A stretch of 64,000 nucleotides of DNA, taken from positions 9,260 through 73,259 of the forward strand of contig CAMCYE010000007.1 in assembly GCA_945883805.1 (NCBI GenBank), in the 5' to 3' direction. The notes below the pieces were generated by a model. It made no database searches and was not told where the DNA came from. It saw nothing but the letters and a program-made list of their open reading frames with translations. Shown here one piece after another: positions 37,223 through 47,478 of the stretch. This stretch comes from Victivallis vadensis. Lineage in GTDB: Bacteria; Verrucomicrobiota; Lentisphaeria; Victivallales; GWF2-50-93. Position 1 is the stretch's first letter; each line of letters opens with the position of its first letter. The translations under genes were made by a program, and so were the position numbers.

Positions 37223-37595
37223 TGGAAGAAGTGCGAAAGTGCGGGGGTTGGGGAGAATTTGAACATCGAACATTCGCCATGGCGGAAACATCCAACATCG
37301 AATTTAGATGACGGGGAGACGTGGCAGGTGATCTGAGGTCAGAAAGAGAATTTAATTCAGGAAAATCCTAACTTGGACATTGGATATTCCGTGTTGGATA
37401 TTGGATATTCAGAGTTGCGGCCCCTGGTTGCCTAATTAAACGCTAAGGAATTTCAAAGTTATTATTAAAAAACTAAAAATAACGCGGCAACAGAGTGCCG
37501 CGGCTACAGCAGTGGATTTATTGTAGCCACGTCACTCTGTTGACGTGCTCTGTTTATTAGAGTTGCGACTTACAGTCGCCTAATTTAAAACATCG
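37223..37595 (+). repeat. Mosaic repeat block between pyrB and pyrC (stutter words, F palindrome, G, A-B junction, C hairpin, A)
   Basis: GAACATCGAACAT-TCGCCATGGCGGA-AACATCCAACATCGAAT (37261..37305). G at 37382..37410. A at 37411..37440 fused to B at 37441..37460. C hairpin at 37484..37547. A at 37559..37590. ATG at 37596. Confidence 0.85.
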
Positions 37596-38903
37596 ATGGG
37601 GCTTCATACCATGAAAACAGATTATATTTTGAAAAACGGACGAGTGATTGATCCCTCCCGCTCCATTGACCGGAAGATGGACATAGGCGTAAGCGACGGG
37701 AAAATAGTCAGCCCTTCAAAAATAAGGGGGGCCAAGGTGATTGACCTTGGCGGACTGGTTGTCGCACCCGGATTTATTGACATGCATGTTCATCTGCGTC
37801 AGCCGGGACGTTCCGACAAGGAATCCATAAAGACTGGTACGATGGCCGCCGCCGCCGGAGGATTCACTTCAATTCTCGCCATGCCAAATACGAGTCCGCT
37901 TTCGGATAATCCCGGGACAATTGAGCTTGTCAAGCGCGCCGCCCAGGAAGACGGAGTGGTCAAGGTTCTGCCTTGCGGGTGCATATCTAAAAATCAGGAA
38001 GGCAAGGAGATGACCGGAATCGGCGGTCTGAAAAAAGCCGGAGTTGTCGCCCTGTCGGATGACGGAAAATGTGTCCAGAACCATGAGCTCATGCGGCATG
38101 TCCTTGAATATTCAAAGTCGTTCGGACTTCCGATTCTCGATCACTGCGAGGATGAAAAGCTTGGCGCAGGCGGAGTCATGCATGAAGGCTATTGGTCGGT
38201 TGTTCTCGGATTGAGGGGAATTCCCGCCGCAACAGAGGAACTGATGGTTGCCCGCGACATAATCCTGGCTGAAATGATCGGATGGAAAATCCATATTCAG
38301 CATGTCAGCACATCTGGAAGTGTCCGTATGATAAAGGATGCCAGAAAAAGAAAGATCCCCGTTTCTGCCGAGGTCACCCCTCACCACATTGCGCTCACGG
38401 ATGAGGAGATAAAACATTTTGACACCAATTATAAGATGAATCCGCCCCTGCGTTCGGAAGATCACCGCAAAGCCCTGATAAGCGGACTCAGGGATGGGAC
38501 GATCACCGTCATCGCCACGGATCATGCGCCACATACGGAAACGGAGAAGCTTGTGGAGTTCGATTACGCGCCTTTCGGGATAATCGGGCTTGAAACTGCA
38601 TTGCCTGTCTGTCTTACAGAACTGTATCACAAAAAATTTCTGACCCTCTCTGAACTTGTTTCAAAGTTCACGGCAGGTCCTGCGGAAGTGCTCGGGCTTC
38701 AGACAGGATTGGCCGAAGGTTCCGTTGCGGATATCACCGTATTGGATCCCGATTTGAAACATAGGATTGATGCTTCCTCATTCTTCTCCAAATCCAGGAA
38801 CACGCCCTTCGACGGATGTGAAGTCCACGGAAAAGCGATGGCAACGATCGTCGACGGAAAATTCGTTTACAGCCTGCTGGACGGGGTAAAAGGGATGATT
38901 TAA
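37596..38903 (+). CDS. pyrC: Dihydroorotase
   Basis: 'PGFIDMHVHLRQPG' and 'ATDHAPH' motifs; 435 aa. The start could be the second ATG at 37611. Confidence 0.85.
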   Translation: MGLHTMKTDYILKNGRVIDPSRSIDRKMDIGVSDGKIVSPSKIRGAKVIDLGGLVVAPGFIDMHVHLRQPGRSDKESIKTGTMAAAAGGFTSILAMPNTSPLSDNPGTIELVKRAAQEDGVVKVLPCGCISKNQEGKEMTGIGGLKKAGVVALSDDGKCVQNHELMRHVLEYSKSFGLPILDHCEDEKLGAGGVMHEGYWSVVLGLRGIPAATEELMVARDIILAEMIGWKIHIQHVSTSGSVRMIKDARKRKIPVSAEVTPHHIALTDEEIKHFDTNYKMNPPLRSEDHRKALISGLRDGTITVIATDHAPHTETEKLVEFDYAPFGIIGLETALPVCLTELYHKKFLTLSELVSKFTAGPAEVLGLQTGLAEGSVADITVLDPDLKHRIDASSFFSKSRNTPFDGCEVHGKAMATIVDGKFVYSLLDGVKGMI

Positions 38904-39100
38904 TCGTATAGGAATTTCAAAGTTGGAACACCGGCATCTTTGTCAGTATTCTTAATTAAAAGAGTATGGTACAGGCGTCTCGCCTGTTTCTATTCTTTCT
39001 TGAAGAACAGGCGAGACGCCTGTACCACATTATGACAGATGCCACTAAGATGGTGGCGTTCCAAAAGAGTTGCGGCCCTTGGCCGCTTAATTTAAATCCG
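38904..39100 (+). repeat. Mosaic element after pyrC: B box, GGAACACC...GGCGTTCC closing stem, 21-bp D hairpin, A module
   Basis: B at 38905..38924. E stem 38925..38932 with 39055..39062. D hairpin TGGTACAGGCGTCTCGCCTGT/ACAGGCGAGACGCCTGTACCA within 38966..39030. A at 39066..39096. Confidence 0.85.
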
Positions 39101-39167
39101 CAACCGACGTGCAGAAGATATCCGAGAATCGAACTTTGAGAAATATAACCGATAAAACAGCATACAA

Positions 39168-39818
39168 ATGAAGGAGAGGATATTGCTTAATTTTGATGCT
39201 CCATGGCTTGAGAAGGGTGATAAACTGGTCTGTTTCGGCGATAGCCTTACATCTGCGAAGGATGATGGTTATGTGAAAATTCTGGAAGATAATCTCAGGA
39301 AACTGAAGATAAAAGTAGTTAATGCCGGGCTTGGCGGTGATAAGACTCCGACTGCGCTTGCTAGGCTGCGATCGGACGTGATTGCGCTGAAACCGGATGC
39401 AGTATCGATTTTTCTTGGAGTTAATGACGCGGCAGTCGGACGTAGCGTATGGGCAGACGAACCGCGTGTAGAACCTGCGGCATATAAAAACAATCTCATC
39501 TGGATCGTTCATATATGTCGACTGGCTGGAATCAAAAAGTTCAGCATCACTACTCCAGCTTGGCAGTTTGAAGGCACATCTATGGCAAGTTACGGCAATG
39601 TACTGTCACAATACTGTTTGGCGGCACGTGAAGCCGCCGATGAATCCGGATCAAGGCTGGTGGCACTGGATGCGGCATTTGCGCAGGAATGGCTGTTACA
39701 CGGGGGCCGAGCCAAGTCCGGTCTTCTGCTGACTCGTGACGGTGTACACATGACATTAGCGGGAAATGAACTTATCGCTTCTACCATGCTGGACACCTGG
39801 AAAATAGTCTTACCATAA
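39168..39818 (+). CDS. SGNH/GDSL-family hydrolase
   Basis: 'LVCFGDSLTSAKDDGY', 'AGLGGDKT' and 'DGVHMT' blocks. Confidence 0.65.
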   Translation: MKERILLNFDAPWLEKGDKLVCFGDSLTSAKDDGYVKILEDNLRKLKIKVVNAGLGGDKTPTALARLRSDVIALKPDAVSIFLGVNDAAVGRSVWADEPRVEPAAYKNNLIWIVHICRLAGIKKFSITTPAWQFEGTSMASYGNVLSQYCLAAREAADESGSRLVALDAAFAQEWLLHGGRAKSGLLLTRDGVHMTLAGNELIASTMLDTWKIVLP

Positions 39819-39859
39819 TCACCATGATACCGGTCTGAAAAAAATAAAGTAGCATTTTT

Positions 39860-40969
39860 ATGAAAAACAGAGTGTGGCTTGAGATAAATTTAAAGACGCT
39901 TTGCGAGAACTTCGGGAATATAAAATCCCATGTCTCACCGTGTGGAGTGATTGCGGTTCTGAAGGCGAACGCCTACGGATTGGGAGTACGGGAGATTGCC
40001 AGGACGCTTGCCGATGCCGGAGCTGCCGGATTTGGTGTTGCGGAATTGAATGAGGCGCTCATGCTGAAAGATGCCGGTATTCCGGTTCAGATTCTGGGAG
40101 GCGTCCTTCCGGAAGAAATTCCGGATGCCGTCAGAGAGGGGATAATCCTCGCCGTAACGGATGCGGAAATCGCAAAGCGCATCAGTGATGAGGCCGTGAA
40201 CCAGAAAAAAACGGCCGAATGTCAGTTTCTTGTGGACACCGGAATGGGCAGGCTTGGGATACTCGCCTTGGAAGCCGTTGACATGATTAAAAATGCGGTC
40301 GCGCTTCCAAATCTGAATTTTTCCGGAATTTATTCCCATTTTCCGATGGCTTATATGACTGGAAGCGAATATACGTTGAACCAGGTTTCACAGTTCCTGA
40401 AACTTCTCGAGCAGCTCAAATCTTCTGGGATTGTCTTCAAGAAAATCCATATTGCGAACAGCGATGCCATCAATAATTTCCCGGTCACATACAAGCCGCC
40501 GTTCAATTTTGTCAGGACGGGAATCAATCTGCACGGCTCGTTTGACAGCCAGGGGCAGCATGTCTTGAAATTGAAATCGATCCTGACTTTGAAGACCCGG
40601 CTTGTATCCATACGGGATCTTCCTGCCGGAACAAGCATCAGCTACGGATGCACATACAAACTTCCGAAGGATATGAAGGTCGGTATTGTTTCAGCAGGAT
40701 ATGCCGACGGGCTTCCTCTTGCGCTTTCAAACCGCGGATATGTTCTCATCAAGGGCAAGCCATGCCATGTCCTTGGTCGCGTGACCATGGATTATACTAT
40801 TGTTTCTCTCGAACAGCTTCCCGAAGCCGAATGCGGAGATGAAGTCATTTGCCTGGGTGGCGAAGGACCACTGGCGATAACAGTGGAAAACTGGGCCCAG
40901 CTCAAGGGAACCCATCCCTACGAGATAATCTGTTCGTTTGGCTCGCGCGTCAACCGCATCTGCGTATGA
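39860..40969 (+). CDS. alr: Alanine racemase
   Basis: 'AVLKANAYGLG' PLP-lysine motif; 369 aa; C-terminal 'TIPYEIICSFGSRV'-type tail ('THPYEIICSFGSRVNR'). Confidence 0.85.
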   Translation: MKNRVWLEINLKTLCENFGNIKSHVSPCGVIAVLKANAYGLGVREIARTLADAGAAGFGVAELNEALMLKDAGIPVQILGGVLPEEIPDAVREGIILAVTDAEIAKRISDEAVNQKKTAECQFLVDTGMGRLGILALEAVDMIKNAVALPNLNFSGIYSHFPMAYMTGSEYTLNQVSQFLKLLEQLKSSGIVFKKIHIANSDAINNFPVTYKPPFNFVRTGINLHGSFDSQGQHVLKLKSILTLKTRLVSIRDLPAGTSISYGCTYKLPKDMKVGIVSAGYADGLPLALSNRGYVLIKGKPCHVLGRVTMDYTIVSLEQLPEAECGDEVICLGGEGPLAITVENWAQLKGTHPYEIICSFGSRVNRICV

Positions 40970-41072
40970 TTTTTCCTGTGGAAAAACCATGTCCTCTTTA
41001 AAATTCCAATATATAGATTAAATTCCCGTCCATTGAATTTTTAATTTCTCACTCATAATTCACAATATTCTT

Positions 41073-42578
41073 ATGCAGCGGTTTCATACAGATGGACGGA
41101 TAATGGACGCGCCCGAGGTTTACAGGGCGCTTAAAATAAGCACGATTTCAGGCTCACTTGGAATGGCGTGGTTTGCGATCTGCTTTGGTGTTCCGATAAC
41201 CATGCTTATGGAATCCCTCAACGGAACCGGAGTCGCCATCGGGCTGATTGTCACAATCCAGCAGCTTGCCATGCTCATACAGATACCTTCCGCCCTGTTT
41301 TTTGAGGGTATGCCGAGCAGGAAGAAGCTCTGGGGCGCTCTTGCCGTAATACACAGGCTGTTTTGGTTTGTGCCCGCCTTTGTCCCGTTTCTTTTCGCGG
41401 ATACACCGTCAGTCGCGGCGACAGCCATCCTTGTCGCCATTGCCGCAAGTGCAGTTATCGGGCAGATGTGTGGTCCGATGTGGCAGGGATGGATGGCCGA
41501 TTTGATCCCTGAAAAAATCAGTGGACGGTTCTGGGGAATCAGGCAGAGCATAGTGACTGTCTCTTTTCTTGTCGCAACCGGATTTTCAGGTTGGATTCTG
41601 GATCTTTTTCCTGACCCGCGGAAGCCTGGAGGATCATATACAGGGTTCACAATTGTCTTTACGATAGCCACAATTCTCGGAATACTTGATATAGCAGTTC
41701 ATATGCTTGTGCCTGAACCCAGGCACGGCTCATACAGGAAACACGTGAACTTCTCGGATTTGATGGATCGCATTGTAGCTCCCATGAAAAATCCGAATTT
41801 CAGATGGATGACTCTTTCTTTTTCACTCTGGTATCTCGCGTTCGGGATAATCGGAGCGTTCGGGATGGTTTATCTGCGACGGGAATTCAATTTTACGTAC
41901 ACGGAACTTTCCATGCTTGCCGTTAGCGCTTCCCTCGGACCCGTTCTCTGCGGAATTCTCAACGGATATATTATTGATAAGATAGGAGCAAGGACTTTTT
42001 GCGCGATTTTAATGTCTGTAGTCCCTTTGTTGTCGTCAGCTTGGTTTTTCCTGAGCCGAGAAAGTTTCATATTCAGTCTGCCGTTTTTTAACACATTCAC
42101 AATTTCTGAGCCCCTTCTGCTTCTTCTTTCCGTCAATCTTGTCGCCGGCGCCCTTTGCGGTGGGGTTGGAATTTGTCAGCTTCATCTTATTAATGTCCTT
42201 TCCCCTAAGGAGGGCAGGGGGATGGCGATTGCCGTACACTGGACAATAATAGGGTTAATGTCGGCGGCTGGTCCGATAATAGGGGGTATGGTAATGGATT
42301 ATTTCACCAAGTTTCCATTTTCGTGGAAACTATTTACGGGAATTCCTTTCTCATTTTTCCATATACTCCTGATATTCCATTTCCTGATAATATTCTTTGT
42401 CGCCGCGCCGTTGATGCTCAAGGTAAAAGTGAGGGCCGGAGAACTGCCCATCTGGGAAGCTTTGGGAAGTCTCAGGGTTGGAAATCCACTGAGGGCCGTA
42501 AGCATAGTTTATAATATCTACCAGACAGGTTTTGACTTCGCCAGGGATGAGGGGGATAAGAAAAACAGTAGACAGTGA
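41073..42578 (+). CDS. MFS-type transporter
   Basis: 501 aa with about 12 hydrophobic segments in two halves. Family-level call only. Confidence 0.65.
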   Translation: MQRFHTDGRIMDAPEVYRALKISTISGSLGMAWFAICFGVPITMLMESLNGTGVAIGLIVTIQQLAMLIQIPSALFFEGMPSRKKLWGALAVIHRLFWFVPAFVPFLFADTPSVAATAILVAIAASAVIGQMCGPMWQGWMADLIPEKISGRFWGIRQSIVTVSFLVATGFSGWILDLFPDPRKPGGSYTGFTIVFTIATILGILDIAVHMLVPEPRHGSYRKHVNFSDLMDRIVAPMKNPNFRWMTLSFSLWYLAFGIIGAFGMVYLRREFNFTYTELSMLAVSASLGPVLCGILNGYIIDKIGARTFCAILMSVVPLLSSAWFFLSRESFIFSLPFFNTFTISEPLLLLLSVNLVAGALCGGVGICQLHLINVLSPKEGRGMAIAVHWTIIGLMSAAGPIIGGMVMDYFTKFPFSWKLFTGIPFSFFHILLIFHFLIIFFVAAPLMLKVKVRAGELPIWEALGSLRVGNPLRAVSIVYNIYQTGFDFARDEGDKKNSRQ

Positions 42579-42735
42579 CCAAGTGAGGAAAGAAACGGAG
42601 AATCGGTGAGGTTTCCAGGCAACTGAAAAACTGTTCACTAATCACTGGATTTGCGGTTCTTGTCCACTTGGTCTGAGTAATTTTTTCCTGCATCAGGAAA
42701 AAATTGAATCATATAAAACGTCGGAGATAACAGGA

Positions 42736-43220
42736 ATGTCCATAATCAAGTTCGACGAGGAATATTTCATGAGGAAAGCCATCGCGCAGGCGGAAATCGC
42801 CGCCGAGGAGGGAGAGGTGCCTGTCGGAGCCGTGGCTGTAAAAGACAACCATGTGATAGCCAGTTCATATAATCAGGTGGAAAAACTGAAGGACGCCACT
42901 GCGCACGCCGAGATGATTGTAATCACACAGGCTGCAAATGCAATTGGAGGCTGGCGGCTTGACGGTGTCGATATTTATGTCACAAAGGAGCCCTGCGCGA
43001 TGTGTGCCGGAGCCATGGTCAACTCGAGGGTTCACAGGGTGTTTTTCGGAATGCATGATCCGCGCTGCGGAGCCGTATGCTCGGCTCTGCAGATAACCTC
43101 TTTCCCGGGCATGCTCCACAAAGTCAGGGTCAGTGGTGGCCTTTTGGAAGCGGAGTGCTCGGAAATAATGAGGGAATTCTTCCGGAAAGTTCGCAAGGCG
43201 AAACAGAAACAACCGAATAA

Positions 43221-43224
<4 letters not shown>
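42736..43224 (+). CDS. tadA: tRNA adenosine(34) deaminase
   Basis: 'HAEMIVI' and 'PCAMCAGA' CDA zinc motifs; 162 aa. Confidence 0.85.
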
Positions 43225-45901
<2,677 letters not shown>

Positions 45902-45918
45902 CTTTTGATACTGAGAAT

Positions 45919-45944
45919 GAAAAAGCCCAGATTGACTGGGCTTT
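45919..45944 (-). terminator. Rho-independent terminator after rpmA
   Basis: Minus strand reads AAAGCCCAGTCAATCTGGGCTTTTT. A 7-8 bp GC-containing stem is followed by a T5 run. It sits 27 nt after the rpmA stop and just before the EptA-like start. Confidence 0.6.
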
Positions 45945-45970
45945 GAAAATCTGCGGATTTCGCCGCCTGA

Positions 45971-46219
45971 TTATGCAACAGGTACGATGTTGACCGTTTT
46001 TTTGTTCTTCGAGAACTGTACAGCGCCGTCAACGAGGGCGAAAAGAGTGAAGTCGCGGCCGCAGCCGACGTTTTTGCCAGGCTCGAATTTTGATCCGCGT
46101 TGACGGACTATGATACTCCCTGCGCTTACATATTCCCCGCCCGACGCCTTCATCCCAAGCATCTTGGGATTGCTGTCGCGGTTATTTTTACTGCTGGATT
46201 GTCCTTTTTTATGCGCCAT
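45971..46219 (-). CDS. rpmA: 50S ribosomal protein L27
   Basis: '[52 protein letters not shown]'. Confidence 0.95.
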   Translation of the reverse strand: MAHKKGQSSSKNNRDSNPKMLGMKASGGEYVSAGSIIVRQRGSKFEPGKNVGCGRDFTLFALVDGAVQFSKNKKTVNIVPVA

Positions 46220-46473
46220 AAAATTTCTCCGAAATTTTTAAAATTAATTTTGATTCAACGACGGATATGCCTGGGATCGCCCTTGGGGGATTATCCGCAA
46301 ACAGGTGCATACTATAAAATGACTTGTCCAAAAAACAAGCCGATTGATGAAAATTGATGTCAAAACGTGCTCTTCCACGCTTTTAATTTGATAAAAACAG
46401 GGTCTATTGTAAGGCTTTATGCTTAATCCGATAGTCATACTTGATAAAAAATTATAAATATAAGGAAAAGGAA

Positions 46474-47286
46474 ATGCCAAAAATTCATCCAAGTGCTGTT
46501 GTTGACCCAAAAGCCCAAATTGCCGATGATGTCGAGATCGGAGCCCATTGCGTTGTCGGACCGGATGTTACGCTCGGCGCAGGCTGCAAGCTTATATCCC
46601 AGTGCTTTGTAGGGGGATATACCACCATGGGAAAAGGGAATATTGTGTTTCCTTTCGTCTCAATCGGAACCGCCCCGCAGGATTACGGGTACAAAGGCGG
46701 AATTTCATACACTAAAATAGGCGACAATAATTATTTCAGGGAGGGTGTGACTGTTCAGCCCGGCACACAGCCGGAGACCGAAACCGTCATCGGGAACAGA
46801 TGTCTCCTGATGGCAAATTCGCATGTCGCCCATAACTGTGTTCTCGGAGACGGCGTGATACTTGTGAACTGCGCCACTCTCGGCGGATATGTGAATATCG
46901 GGAACAACTGCCTGATTTCAGCCATTACCGCCATTCATCAGTTCTGCAGAATCGGACGTTTCGCGGTGCTGAGCGGCTGTTCTGCAATATCCAAGGACCT
47001 TCCGCCTTTTATGATCTGCAGCGGCAGGAATGGTGCCATTCTCGGAATCAACATCGTCGGATTGAGAAGAGGCGGTTTCTCCAAGGAATGCATTGAAGCG
47101 CTCAGGGATGTCTACCAGATTTTCTTCAGAAGCAAGCTGAGCATCCCCAACGCCCTTGAAAGAATCAGCGCCGAAGTCCCGCAACTTCCGGAAATCAAGG
47201 ATTTCGTCGAATTCGTCACATCCAGTAAACGCGGTGTCCTCCGTTTCGGTGACGAGGCGGATCTCGACCCTGAAAAGAACGGGTGA
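46474..47286 (+). CDS. lpxA: Acyl-ACP--UDP-N-acetylglucosamine O-acyltransferase
   Basis: 'MPKIHPSAVVDPKAQIADDVEIGAHCVVGPDVTLG' hexapeptide repeats, and 'NIVGLRRGGFSKECIEALRDVYQIFF' LpxA C-domain. ATG 46474 has an AAGGAAAAGGAA RBS. Confidence 0.85.
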   Translation: MPKIHPSAVVDPKAQIADDVEIGAHCVVGPDVTLGAGCKLISQCFVGGYTTMGKGNIVFPFVSIGTAPQDYGYKGGISYTKIGDNNYFREGVTVQPGTQPETETVIGNRCLLMANSHVAHNCVLGDGVILVNCATLGGYVNIGNNCLISAITAIHQFCRIGRFAVLSGCSAISKDLPPFMICSGRNGAILGINIVGLRRGGFSKECIEALRDVYQIFFRSKLSIPNALERISAEVPQLPEIKDFVEFVTSSKRGVLRFGDEADLDPEKNG

Positions 47287-47478
47287 CGGAAAACGAGGCA
47301 CAAAGGCGCAAAGGTGCAGAGGCACAAAGTGAAGAGGGATGGGTAAAGTAACTCGGGCATTCCTGCCCGAGACAGAATCAGCAAGTCCTTAATCATTGGA
47401 TATTCCGTGTTGGATATTGGATATTCGTTTTGCGACTTAGCACTTAAAACTTAACACTTAAAACTGTGAAATAAAACC
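47287..47478 (+). repeat. Mosaic repeat block between lpxA and the aconitase-family gene
   Basis: CACAAAG-type stutter at 47295..47338. Hairpin CTCGGGCA-TTCC-TGCCCGAG at 47352..47371. G at 47398..47426. Degenerate A (GTTTTGCGACTTAGCACTTAAAAC) at about 47427..47450. CACTTAAAAC stutter to about 47470. Confidence 0.75.

Noticed and set aside
37411-37460. Sigma-54 promoter (TGGC-N-TTGC) or sigma-70 promoter reading of module A (TTGCGG...TAATTT), and integron attC reading of the A/B ends
   Set aside because: The -12 GC of sigma-54 sites is absent (TTCA, TTTA or TTAA instead of TTGC). The TTGCGG-to-TAATTT spacing is only 12 nt. The GTTRRRY/RYYYAAC attC core sites are not present, and there is no integrase.
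42579-42735. Possible sRNA between the MFS gene and tadA (long-range GACCAAGTG/CACTTGGTC pairing plus a TTTTTTCCTG-CAT-CAGGAAAAAA hairpin)
   Set aside because: The pairings are short. The hairpin core is only 4 bp of G/C flanked by A/T runs. There is no further support visible from sequence alone, and it may just be a weak bidirectional terminator.
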